A stretch of DNA of 64,000 nucleotides from positions 1 to 64,000 of the forward strand of contig DAHVQG010000009.1 of the NCBI GenBank assembly GCA_027317865.1, read 5' to 3'. Origin of the DNA: Bdellovibrionales bacterium (GTDB taxonomy: Bacteria; Bdellovibrionota; Bdellovibrionia; Bdellovibrionales; UBA1609). The notes beneath the pieces were generated by a model. That model saw only the letters and a program-made list of their open reading frames with translations, was not told the DNA's origin and searched no databases. Shown one piece after another: positions 48,899 to 58,426 of the stretch (position 1 is the first letter of the stretch; each line of letters opens with the position of its first letter). Position numbers and translations under genes: made by a program.

Positions 48899-51631
48899 TC
48901 ACGGGCGTGTACCCGTAAAAATGTATTCAGGATATTCTCCGTAAGTTAAGCCTTTGTATAAACGTTGCGTTTGAAGTTTTATGCTGATTTTCGTATAGCC
49001 CATTCGAATGCTGCTTTTATATGCGGGCGTTTTTTTTACTGCTTCTTCAAGCGGGTAACGTTTGAGCGCATGTCCAAGGATTTCTTTATTTGTACCTTCG
49101 AGTTCGGCGGAAAATGAGCGCGCTTCTGGGTTAGCTTTGAGTGCTTGTTCGAAAAGCGCTTCGGCGTATCCGAAAGTTTGATATTGGGTTTGTACGCGAA
49201 TCATATTGATGTGCACGACGCCATCATTTAACTGATAGTCCAAGCTCGCAATTGGTTCTTTAGTTGCGGGGTCAAACAGTGCAATCATTTTATCGTTTGT
49301 GCCTGCGGTTTCTAGTTCTCGCTCTTGCACGACAAGTTTGATCGTTCGATTAGGCGAAAAGTTTTTCGGATGAAATTCTATGATTTTAGCTGGGCCCGCG
49401 GGTTGGCCGACGTTTAACTTTTTAAAAGATTGCAAGATTTCGTCGTACTCTTGTTTCGAAATCTTGCCGTCGAGAAGCAGGTATTGGAACTTGCGCGTGT
49501 CGCCAGTTTCTAACAGTTGCGTGCGATCGGCCTTCGATATAATCCCGTATTCCGTCAGTTTATCAAGAATGCGCATTTTTCTTTGTGAATACCTGGTTTT
49601 TAATGCGAGGGATTTATCTATAGATTTCGCGGCGTTTTCAATACCTCCACATGGTGTAATGCTATAGCTTTTGAGATCGACCAAACTGGGTAGAGTATAA
49701 ACATCTGGCCCACATTTCGGGTAAATTGACAGGACTTGGCCGGGCTCGGCTCCGGATGGGCACGGTACTCGTTCGCAAATTGTGACTTTAACTCGGTAAT
49801 CTTCAAATGGTATTTCATATTCGCGGATCGTCCCTTCAGAAATACGTGAATCGCGGCTGATCTGAATTGTTGATTTTATCGAATTTGTGTCAACGTTAAT
49901 GAGTCTAAAGGTTTTGGGGTCAACGTGTTCTTGCAAAAAGTTATTTAGTTTATCTTCCGGCCAAAGGCTCGTCATTTTTCGGTCGCGCAAAGCAAGCGCC
50001 CGGTTGGATTTCCAATACTTTTGCAAAATTCGTGACTTTGCCTTATTGACTTGCTGTTCGGCAGATTTTTCTATCTCGTTATTTAAGGTTTGAACTATTT
50101 CTTGATTCGAACGAATATCGTGATCTGCTGGATGGTTGGCCATATAGTCAGATATTCCGTCTCGAAAGCATGCCGTTATATTTGATGAATCGTTCGAAAA
50201 AATAACGGTACACAAATGGCGCCTAATCCAATCGGAACATAATTGGCCGGCGCTTGCGCTCAAACAAGATTTGACGGATCTTTCTAATCGCTCGCGGTCT
50301 ATGTTTATAGAAGAGCCCCCTAGGGCGTCCTCTTGAAAATTAAATATATCGCCGTACTTATAACTCAGCGTAGCCAAAACGCTTTTCGCGGTATTTTTAT
50401 CTAAAGTGATTTTAGCTATTTCCTGATTAATTTGTGCCACGCGTGCGCGCTCAATTTTCTCGGCCGCTTCTTTGGTTGTCTCACCGGCGGGCGCGATGTG
50501 TTCTCTGAAATGCGTAATTAGACGCTGGCGTTCCGTTTCAGACAAATGGGGTTGAGGGGACAGTTCTTCTGTTGGCGACTGCTCTGGCGGCAAGACATGG
50601 TCTGCGGTTTCGGTGACCTCGGTTGCCGTTGCGGTTGCCTCGGCGGTGTCGGTGGCTTTTGCTAAACCGGCGGCGACCTTGGCTTCATCCACAATTCCGT
50701 CGGTGGCGACATTTAATACTATTGTGGTCATCGCGTATTTTATAAGTTCATTACGTTTTTCCGTGTTATAACACTTGAGTTTAATGTCCTGGGTCTTCAA
50801 CCAATTTTTTGCATTATGGTAATATCCGTTTATAATTGAGGCGACATCATCCGGCATTTCGTTACCAACCGAGCGAAATTTTACACCTTCTTTGGTAAGT
50901 TTAGTTGTGTAAAGTCGTGTGCCCGTCATTTGAATGTACCCTTGCACTTCGGAGCAACTTTCTGATTCGAACCATTTTTTATTGGGCATTTTGACCTGAA
51001 GGTCTTTCGGAAGTTTTTCGTTGTACGCGTAAAAGAGCAACTTTTTCAATTTCATGGGGCAATGTTCGTCGCGCTCGTAAGCCTTATAAGCTTGCCACGG
51101 TACCAAAATTAAACTCGCAAAATCCCATATAGCCTTCTTCTCGCCGGCGGCAGTGCCTTTGAATTCGTAATCAATTTTTTGTTCGGCATCTTCATTGCAA
51201 ATTCGCTCGTATTGTTTTGGTTTGTGTCCATTTTTTTGAATTTTGGCGTACAGCGCTTGGCATTCATTGGAATGTACGATTTGTTCACATTTTTCATACG
51301 CAGATTGTTTTTTCGTGGCGCCGATCGTGCGGCCGGACTTGGGGCCGGAATGAGTTTCGGCATTTTTGCGCAGTGATTTCACTGTGCCTTGAATCATATC
51401 GAAATTTTTTGCGTTTAGCGGCGGAGTCACCAGGGGGCTAGAGCCAGTTTCGCCAACGGCACATTTGGTGCAAAGTCCGGCGGCTGTACGGTTGTACAAC
51501 GGGGTAGCGTGCGCATTTTTTGCGATGCCAATTGCGCCAACAAATGACAAGGTTGCAAGCGCAAAGTAAAAGAAACGCGCGACCAATGTCTGTAGGCAAG
51601 TCGCACGAATCCGTTTTGAATGAAAATCCAT
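48899..51631 (-). CDS. Large secreted multidomain protein with C-terminal GNAT-like domain
   Basis: Signal peptide ending AHA, CxxC, Cys-rich region, Ala/Thr linker; C-terminal HINMIRV..QYQTFGYAEALF. Confidence 0.75.
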   Translation of the reverse strand: MDFHSKRIRATCLQTLVARFFYFALATLSFVGAIGIAKNAHATPLYNRTAAGLCTKCAVGETGSSPLVTPPLNAKNFDMIQGTVKSLRKNAETHSGPKSGRTIGATKKQSAYEKCEQIVHSNECQALYAKIQKNGHKPKQYERICNEDAEQKIDYEFKGTAAGEKKAIWDFASLILVPWQAYKAYERDEHCPMKLKKLLFYAYNEKLPKDLQVKMPNKKWFESESCSEVQGYIQMTGTRLYTTKLTKEGVKFRSVGNEMPDDVASIINGYYHNAKNWLKTQDIKLKCYNTEKRNELIKYAMTTIVLNVATDGIVDEAKVAAGLAKATDTAEATATATEVTETADHVLPPEQSPTEELSPQPHLSETERQRLITHFREHIAPAGETTKEAAEKIERARVAQINQEIAKITLDKNTAKSVLATLSYKYGDIFNFQEDALGGSSINIDRERLERSVKSCLSASAGQLCSDWIRRHLCTVIFSNDSSNITACFRDGISDYMANHPADHDIRSNQEIVQTLNNEIEKSAEQQVNKAKSRILQKYWKSNRALALRDRKMTSLWPEDKLNNFLQEHVDPKTFRLINVDTNSIKSTIQISRDSRISEGTIREYEIPFEDYRVKVTICERVPCPSGAEPGQVLSIYPKCGPDVYTLPSLVDLKSYSITPCGGIENAAKSIDKSLALKTRYSQRKMRILDKLTEYGIISKADRTQLLETGDTRKFQYLLLDGKISKQEYDEILQSFKKLNVGQPAGPAKIIEFHPKNFSPNRTIKLVVQERELETAGTNDKMIALFDPATKEPIASLDYQLNDGVVHINMIRVQTQYQTFGYAEALFEQALKANPEARSFSAELEGTNKEILGHALKRYPLEEAVKKTPAYKSSIRMGYTKISIKLQTQRLYKGLTYGEYPEYIFTGTRP

Positions 51632-51638
51632 TAAAAAC

Positions 51639-51665
51639 TATTCGGCCGGAACGGGAACAGGTTTG
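51639..51665 (-). promoter_or_regulatory. Sigma28/FliA-like promoter
   Basis: CAAA-N15-GCCGAATA. Confidence 0.55.
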
Positions 51666-51773
51666 AGTTACGCGGCTCGTGTTATAATGGAATTGCAGGT
51701 AGATTGCAGTTGGGCCAAAGTCTCGGCGACTGGCCCCTAAGACAAGCAGCGGGAGATTTTAAAGCAGGATTTG

Positions 51774-52292
51774 TCAGTGCTCGGCAAGCCATTCGTTTAA
51801 GGCCAAATTGCCTTTTTCGATTTCGGCGCTGAGCATTCCGACTGTCGGCGAAAATTTTGCATCGGTATAACTCGTATACTCCAACTGTTGCAAAATTGTG
51901 GAGACTCGATCGAGACCCAGGTTGGCGCTACTGGACTTCAATGAATGCAGGTGCCGGGCCAAATCGTTGGGAGTGACCCCTGGCTGTTCAACCATATGGC
52001 GCAATTGTTCTAGCGTATGGGCCGAGAAATCAAAATACATCGAAATGAGTTTACGCGTGAGATTGCCCGACGAATCGAGCTCATTCAATCGCTCCAGCAT
52101 TGCGCGATTTAGCGTGGGTTGATCTCCGAGCCATGAAATCGGCATTTGATCTGGCGACACGGGTGAGTTCCACTTTTCGGTCCACAGCTGAGATATATCA
52201 GTTTTGTTTATCTTGCTATTTAACTGTGCGCTACCGAAAGGCAACTGAATTGTTCCGTCTTTAATCATGTTTTTTGCTCCTTCGTGAGTCAT
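51774..52292 (-). CDS. Hpt-domain phosphotransfer protein
   Basis: HSLKSSSANLG motif. Confidence 0.88.
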   Translation of the reverse strand: MTHEGAKNMIKDGTIQLPFGSAQLNSKINKTDISQLWTEKWNSPVSPDQMPISWLGDQPTLNRAMLERLNELDSSGNLTRKLISMYFDFSAHTLEQLRHMVEQPGVTPNDLARHLHSLKSSSANLGLDRVSTILQQLEYTSYTDAKFSPTVGMLSAEIEKGNLALNEWLAEH

Positions 52293-52567
52293 CGAACCAA
52301 GTGCACTTACTATTTAAGTGCGATCGCGACATTATAACAGAGATTTCGCTAGCGACCGGGGCATGGTAAAAAAAACTTTATACTGTCAGAATTTTAGACA
52401 AAAAACGTGGAATTCAAATCTCCTCGCGCATTTGCGGTGACAATCTTTTGCACAACAATTGTAAAAACAGGGGTCATTTTTCTTACTGTTATGACTAAAA
52501 TTCGTTTTGTTGTATATTTCGTTCGGCAGTTAAAAAGTGTTCAATAACCGTTACGAAGGGATAAGCC

Positions 52568-53278
52568 ATGCAGAAGATTCTTTGTGTCGACGATGCGCCA
52601 GACGTCCTACTGATGATGGAACAGATTTTTCAAGGCTACGATTACAGTCTCGCGAGTTCGCTCCAGCAAGCATCGGGGCTTGTCGATCGGTCTAAGTACT
52701 CGGTGATACTTTTAGACGTAGAGCTACCCGACGGATCCGGTTTCGATTTTATGACTTCGGCAATCGGGCGGCTCAATGGCAGTCAGATCATATTTTTAAC
52801 AGGTCGAAACGACATTGCCAGTAAAGCCAGCGCATTTTCGCTTGGTGCCGACGATTACGTCGTCAAACCTTTTGACCCGACCGAACTTAAGTTTCGAGTC
52901 GACGCGAAACTGCGTAAAGCTGCGGCTTCGGTGAACCAACAATCTTTGTTGCGTGTTGGCGGTTTGGTTTGCAACTTGCAAGATCAAACTGTTTGCAAAA
53001 CCGACTCCGGTGAGCCACTTGATCTGACATTTATTGAATTTAAGATTTTTAGGCTGCTTGCGACCACGCCGAATAAGATATTTGGGCGTTCTGAAATTCT
53101 CGACCGGGTGTGGGGTCATGCGGTTTCAGTAACGGATCGCGTGGTTGACGTCCATATTTCAAATTTGCGCAAAAAGATCATGAATAATGGAGTCACGATT
53201 GAAGCGGTTATTGGAACGGGATATCGTATATTAAACGAACCGGTGAAAGAACCGTCACTTGCGGCAAGTTCAAACTGA
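52568..53278 (+). CDS. OmpR-family response regulator
   Basis: REC domain plus DRVVDVHISNLRKK, GTGY. Confidence 0.92.
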   Translation: MQKILCVDDAPDVLLMMEQIFQGYDYSLASSLQQASGLVDRSKYSVILLDVELPDGSGFDFMTSAIGRLNGSQIIFLTGRNDIASKASAFSLGADDYVVKPFDPTELKFRVDAKLRKAAASVNQQSLLRVGGLVCNLQDQTVCKTDSGEPLDLTFIEFKIFRLLATTPNKIFGRSEILDRVWGHAVSVTDRVVDVHISNLRKKIMNNGVTIEAVIGTGYRILNEPVKEPSLAASSN

Positions 53279-53279
53279 G

Positions 53280-53663
53280 ATGAATACAAATAAAAAACTT
53301 GGCGGACTCAGAGTATTGCTTGCAGAAGACTCGCCGGATAATCAGTTAATCGTGAGCCTAATGCTCAAAGCTGCAGGCGCGGAGGTTGCCGTTGTCGATA
53401 ACGGCCAGGCGGTTCTAGATCAGCTCCAGCGGCAATCGTATGACGTAGTTTTAATGGATATTACCATGCCCGTCATGGATGGATTTGAGGCCATTTTGCG
53501 TCTTCGAAGCGAAGGCCATCAAGTTCCGGTATTCGCATTAACCGCGTATTCGCTCGACGAAGAACGGCAAAAATGCCTAGAAAGCGGTTTTACCGGTCAT
53601 ATAAGTAAACCGATCGATCGAGCCGCGCTCCTTGAGAGTTTATCCCCCTTCGTGCTATCGTAA
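53280..53663 (+). CDS. Single-domain response regulator
   Basis: LAEDSPDN, LMDITMP, ALTA, SKP. Confidence 0.88.
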   Translation: MNTNKKLGGLRVLLAEDSPDNQLIVSLMLKAAGAEVAVVDNGQAVLDQLQRQSYDVVLMDITMPVMDGFEAILRLRSEGHQVPVFALTAYSLDEERQKCLESGFTGHISKPIDRAALLESLSPFVLS

Positions 53664-53707
53664 ACTGTTTTACAGCAGCAGGGCTATAATAGGGGGCGAC
53701 TGCATTT

Positions 53708-54394
53708 ATGGCCGGTATGGGCATCGAACTTAATAACATCACTGTGACATTACCTAACGGCCGGCAACTTTTTGCTATCCGTAACCATCGTTTTGAATCG
53801 GGCGCGCACGTCTTGATACGCGGTGCGAGCGGCCAGGGCAAAACTACGTTTTTGCATATGATCGCCGGACTTTTTTTGCCAACAACGGGCCGCATACATA
53901 TCGGGGAGCATGACCTCACAGAAATGACAGATAATCAGCGCTGCGATCTGCGCCGTCGACACATCGGGATGGTTTTTCAAAAACTCAATTTGTTGGAGCA
54001 TCTAACGGCGGCGGAAAATATTATTTTGGCTGGCGGGCCTGGGCGCATTTCACGTTCGCAAGCATTCGCGAGTCTTGCTTCCGTGCAAATGTCGGATCGG
54101 GCGGATGACCGAGCCTCGTGGCTAAGCGTGGGGGAACAACAGCGAGTTGCGGTCGCGCGCGTCCTCGCCGCCCAGCCCGAATTATTGTTCGCTGATGAAC
54201 CCACATCAAGTCTTGATGATCAAAACGCTGAATTTGTAATGCAGGCTCTCATCGGGGCGGCACAAGGCAAAACATTAATAGTTGTGAGTCATGACCAGCG
54301 GCTATCGTCTTCATTTCAAAATGTCATTGATTTCGGTGGGTGGGTCGCTCCCAGCAGAGGTGTAAATAAAATGACTTCGCGAGGTCCATCATGA
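53708..54394 (+). CDS. ABC transporter ATP-binding protein (LolD/MacB-like)
   Basis: GASGQGKT, LSVGEQQR, ADEPT, SH. Confidence 0.9.
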   Translation: MAGMGIELNNITVTLPNGRQLFAIRNHRFESGAHVLIRGASGQGKTTFLHMIAGLFLPTTGRIHIGEHDLTEMTDNQRCDLRRRHIGMVFQKLNLLEHLTAAENIILAGGPGRISRSQAFASLASVQMSDRADDRASWLSVGEQQRVAVARVLAAQPELLFADEPTSSLDDQNAEFVMQALIGAAQGKTLIVVSHDQRLSSSFQNVIDFGGWVAPSRGVNKMTSRGPS

Positions 54395-55641
54395 GACCAA
54401 TTATGATGGCCTGGTTGAGCTTGATCCGCCGCCCGCTTTCAACGGGTCTTGCGGTACTTGCCATTGCTTTGGCAGTTGGCGGTTGCGGTGTTTTATTGCG
54501 GCTCTATTTGCTCGAACAAAATCGATTCTCAACGCTCGCACGGGGCAGTGATGCCATCATCGGCGCAAAAGCGGGTGAAATTGATATTTTGCTCGGTGCT
54601 CTGGGTGCTCAAGGGGCGTATCCGGGATTTTTGCCTTACCAATTGTTTGTTTCAATGCGGGCACGGCAAACCGTGCAATTTTCGGACGGATCGTCAGTTC
54701 CGCAATATTATTTGAAACAAGTCACTCCATTTTTGTATTGCGGTCTTATACGCACTTCAACCGACGATTTTCGGTTAGTTGCAACCGACCACACCTTTTT
54801 CGAAGGTTTTAACTCGAATTTGCGTTTTGCATCGGGCGGCTTTGTCGACCAGTCACAAAGTCCGCCAGACGTTGTTTTAGGTTCGCTGGTTGCAAAAAGA
54901 CTGGGCGTTTCAGTCGGTCAAAAGCTGCCGATTTTCACGTGGGTTGGGCAAAAGAGCAGCGGCCCCCCGCATATCTTTAGAATTTCGGGGATTTTAAGAC
55001 CTACCCACACGAGCTGGGACCGGCTCATGTATACGGATTTGATTGACGGACAAAATCTCATTGCCCATGAGCCCGTTCTTTTAAACCGGAGCATTTGGGG
55101 CAATAACGTTGTCAACTATATGCTCGTTGATTTACCGCCGCAAAGTTACGGTCCTCTTTCAAATTTGATTAATAAACGCACAGTGGCTCAGGTTGTGTAC
55201 ACGGCTCAGGCTAAAAAACACTTGGCCGCGTTGGCGGGGACGGGTCAATCCATCGGAACAATGATATCAATTTTGGTTATACTATTGGGCGGTCTCGCTG
55301 TGGCTTCTATGCTTGTTGCGCGTTTCGATGCAATGGGGGTGCAACTTGCGGTATTACGGGCGCTTGGGTATACGCGGTTAGAAGTGGCTGAATCGCTTTT
55401 GTTCGAAGGAGTATTGCTGGGTCTCGCGGCTTGTGTGATTGGTATTTTAATCGACGTGTCGCTATTTCCGTTCATGCGCTGGCTTTTGGGTTCTGCCTTG
55501 CCGCCACCTGACGTTGTTACGTCGTCAATTTGGCAAAGCGCCCCAGTATGGCTCGCCGCTATTTTAGCAACAACCGCGTCGGTTTGCTTGCCATTATATA
55601 AGCTGTACAAACAGGATATTCACCGCTCGCTACGCAATTAA
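54391..55641 (+). CDS. ABC transporter permease (MacB/FtsX-like)
   Basis: TM, large periplasmic domain, LAVLRALG, then 3 TM; ATGA overlap. Confidence 0.85.
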   Translation: MRPIMMAWLSLIRRPLSTGLAVLAIALAVGGCGVLLRLYLLEQNRFSTLARGSDAIIGAKAGEIDILLGALGAQGAYPGFLPYQLFVSMRARQTVQFSDGSSVPQYYLKQVTPFLYCGLIRTSTDDFRLVATDHTFFEGFNSNLRFASGGFVDQSQSPPDVVLGSLVAKRLGVSVGQKLPIFTWVGQKSSGPPHIFRISGILRPTHTSWDRLMYTDLIDGQNLIAHEPVLLNRSIWGNNVVNYMLVDLPPQSYGPLSNLINKRTVAQVVYTAQAKKHLAALAGTGQSIGTMISILVILLGGLAVASMLVARFDAMGVQLAVLRALGYTRLEVAESLLFEGVLLGLAACVIGILIDVSLFPFMRWLLGSALPPPDVVTSSIWQSAPVWLAAILATTASVCLPLYKLYKQDIHRSLRN

Positions 55642-55687
55642 CAGCCAACCGTTGACGGCGCAAGGCCAACCGACTAGCGTCTATCGA

Positions 55688-56278
55688 ATGAACTCATCGC
55701 AAGGCAATAACGATGCCTCAGTTCGAATTCGGCCCGCGCGTGAAGCGGATTTCGCGGCCATTGTGAAATTTGCCGACCAAAACATCGGCGCTGATTATTT
55801 TTCAGTTGAAAAAGTGAAATCCATTTTAAAAGCTTCGACTCAAAACGAGGTCATGTGTTCATTCGTTCTAGAAAATCTTGAATCTCGCCAGCTTGAAGGG
55901 ATTCGACTCACCTACGCTCCCGGAGTTTGGCCGGCAAGACATCCGAGTCAATCGATTCATGCTCATTTATGGCAAGTACCAGTTGAACAAACCGCTTATT
56001 TTCAAAGTTTATTTGTTTCGCAGCGATTTCAGAATCAAGGTTGGGGCCAGCGGCTTTCGATGGCTTCGGTTGAAAATCTAAAACTTCTGGGAGCAAAAGC
56101 CGTTGTTTGCCACTCATGGGATGAATCTCCCGGCAACTCTTCACGAAAATATTTGAATAGTTTGGGTTTTGAACCGGTTATTTCGATTCCCAATTTTTGG
56201 CATGAAATTGATTACGAATGCACGCGCTGTGGACGCGGGTGCAAATGTACGGCAACGGAAATGATTTTATATTTGTAG
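55688..56278 (+). CDS. GNAT-family acetyltransferase
   Basis: IRPA, FV...FQNQGWG, LGF; C-terminal CTRCG..CKC. Confidence 0.85.
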   Translation: MNSSQGNNDASVRIRPAREADFAAIVKFADQNIGADYFSVEKVKSILKASTQNEVMCSFVLENLESRQLEGIRLTYAPGVWPARHPSQSIHAHLWQVPVEQTAYFQSLFVSQRFQNQGWGQRLSMASVENLKLLGAKAVVCHSWDESPGNSSRKYLNSLGFEPVISIPNFWHEIDYECTRCGRGCKCTATEMILYL

Positions 56279-56297
56279 ACGCGAGTACGCGAAGGGG

Positions 56298-57467
56298 GTG
56301 GCCATGAGTATTTCGTATTGGCAGGATCAATCAGATAGCAAAACCAAGTCGTGTGATGTCGCTATTGTCGGCGGCGGCATAACCGGTTTTTCAGTTGCGT
56401 ATTGGTTAAAAAAAGAAGATCCGAGCTTAAATGTGTTAATTCTCGAACGCGGAACAGCGGGCTCGGGCGCAACGGGCCGTAATGCGGGTTTTATCACTTG
56501 CGGTTCGGTTGAACATTTCAATCGTCTTTGTGAGCGCTGGGGTAAGGAGCGCGCTCTTGAGATGTGGCGTTTTTCAGAAACTAATTTAGCTCTTTTGAAG
56601 GATCATATTATTGAAAATGATAGTGATCTTGATTTCGACGATCATGGCACATTTTCACTTGCCTCAACGGTTGAGGAGTTTCAAGAACTCAAGAAGACAG
56701 CAGAATTAATGCAGGGGTGTGACATTGCGATCGACGTTTTACAAGGCGCCGACATTGAACGTCGCGTGGGGGCACGAAATTTTGTTGGTGGTATCAAATA
56801 TCTCAAAGATGCGTCGATTCATCCGGTAAAACTCCTCAAGAAATTGGCGGAGCGGACCGATGCGGTCTTTTTGCCAAACACCGAAGTCTATAACATTGAA
56901 ACCGCTGCGAATGGCAATACGCGAATTAAGACGCAACATTTTGATGTTGAGGCGACCGTTGCGGTTTTAGCGCTTAACGGTTATTCGGCATCGTTACGTT
57001 CGTATTTTCGCGACAAAATTTACCCGACCCGCGGTCAGATTATGGTGACAGAACCAGTTGCAAAATTTATGGAGGGTCCCTGTTACGCGAATTTTGTTCT
57101 CGATTATTTTCGTCAACTTCAAGACGGCCGAGTTCTTATAGGTGGATTTAGACAATTAGAAAAGGCGACAGAAGTTGGCTATTCTGATCACATTACCGAT
57201 ACCATACAAGAAGCTCTTTATAGTTTTTTGCAAAAACACATCCCGATACTTGAGAATCGAAAAGTGACACATCGATGGGCAGGGGTAATGGGGTTTTCGG
57301 CAGATGGGCAACCACTGGTCGGGTCGCTCCCTGACGAACCTTCAGTTTATTTTGTCGGGGGATATACCGGCCACGGAATTGGTCTTGCCTTTCATTGTGC
57401 AAAAGTTTTAGTTGATTTGATCAATGGACGCGAGATACCGTCATTTGTATCAGCCCGGAGGTTTTGA
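56298..57467 (+). CDS. FAD-dependent oxidoreductase (DAO/PuuB-like)
   Basis: GGGITG, GATGRNAG, RWAG, GYTGHG. Confidence 0.9.
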   Translation: MAMSISYWQDQSDSKTKSCDVAIVGGGITGFSVAYWLKKEDPSLNVLILERGTAGSGATGRNAGFITCGSVEHFNRLCERWGKERALEMWRFSETNLALLKDHIIENDSDLDFDDHGTFSLASTVEEFQELKKTAELMQGCDIAIDVLQGADIERRVGARNFVGGIKYLKDASIHPVKLLKKLAERTDAVFLPNTEVYNIETAANGNTRIKTQHFDVEATVAVLALNGYSASLRSYFRDKIYPTRGQIMVTEPVAKFMEGPCYANFVLDYFRQLQDGRVLIGGFRQLEKATEVGYSDHITDTIQEALYSFLQKHIPILENRKVTHRWAGVMGFSADGQPLVGSLPDEPSVYFVGGYTGHGIGLAFHCAKVLVDLINGREIPSFVSARRF

Positions 57468-57701
57468 TTGAGCGATGACAACGAACCGCGGATTGGCACA
57501 AAATGCACCGGTATAGTAAAATGGTTTAACGAGCAAAAGGGCTACGGGTTCATAGAGCAAGCCAACGGACGCGACCTCTTTGTTCATTACAAAGAAATTC
57601 GTGGCAAATTAAATCCGGGCGATAAAGTGGAGTACATCCTTGGCGAAGGTCGCAAAGGACCCGCGGCTACAAAAGTCCGCGTCATATCTCGGGCCGAGTG
57701 A
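57468..57701 (+). CDS. Cold-shock domain protein
   Basis: GIVKWFN..KGYGFI, LFVH, KGPAA. Confidence 0.9.
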   Translation: MSDDNEPRIGTKCTGIVKWFNEQKGYGFIEQANGRDLFVHYKEIRGKLNPGDKVEYILGEGRKGPAATKVRVISRAE

Positions 57702-57702
57702 T

Positions 57703-58347
57703 TTAAGGCGTCAACAATCGATGAACATATGGGCGCAATCCGGCGAAAAAATATTCAACGGCAATCATCATAAGTATTAGGCCCATTAGGCGAATAAACA
57801 CTTTTTGTCCGCTTTCGCCAATAATTGAAATAATTCGTTTTGATCCGATTAAAATAAAATAAGTAGCCAGCGAAACGACCACGGCTGAAACAAACAAGAT
57901 CGCGCGATCGACGAACGTCACCGATTCGTGCATGGCCACCATAATAAAGGTAATTGTTCCCGGACCGGTAATGAGCGGAATCGCTAGAGGTGTGATGGCG
58001 CGGAGTTCAACATCCTGAATATTAAGCCGCTCCGACGCGGACATCGATTTTGTTCGTGTTTCGCGGCCCTGGAGCATGTCATAGCCGCTGATAAAAAATA
58101 AAATACCGCCAACCACGCGAAGCCCGTCAATCGAAATATTAAAAAACGAAAAAACAAATTTACCGGCTACACCGAAAAATAACATAGCGACAAATGCGGC
58201 AATCGTGGCGCGCCGGGCGATACGCGGGCCAATGTTCGTTTCAGAACCTTCGATTAGAGAATTGTAAAACGGCATTGCACTGAGCGGGTTTACGATCGTG
58301 AATAAGCTCGTGAGCGTATACAAAAAATAACTAACGATGTGTTTCAA
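57703..58347 (-). CDS. MarC-family membrane protein
   Basis: IVNP, PLAIPLITGPG, RLMGLIL. Confidence 0.9.
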   Translation of the reverse strand: MKHIVSYFLYTLTSLFTIVNPLSAMPFYNSLIEGSETNIGPRIARRATIAAFVAMLFFGVAGKFVFSFFNISIDGLRVVGGILFFISGYDMLQGRETRTKSMSASERLNIQDVELRAITPLAIPLITGPGTITFIMVAMHESVTFVDRAILFVSAVVVSLATYFILIGSKRIISIIGESGQKVFIRLMGLILMMIAVEYFFAGLRPYVHRLLTP

Positions 58348-58426
58348 TGTGCCCGCCGCCTGAATGCATCTACTTTATCGCGGGCTATTGAGGGGTTCAA
58401 TCTTTTTAAATGAATCTAATAGAACC

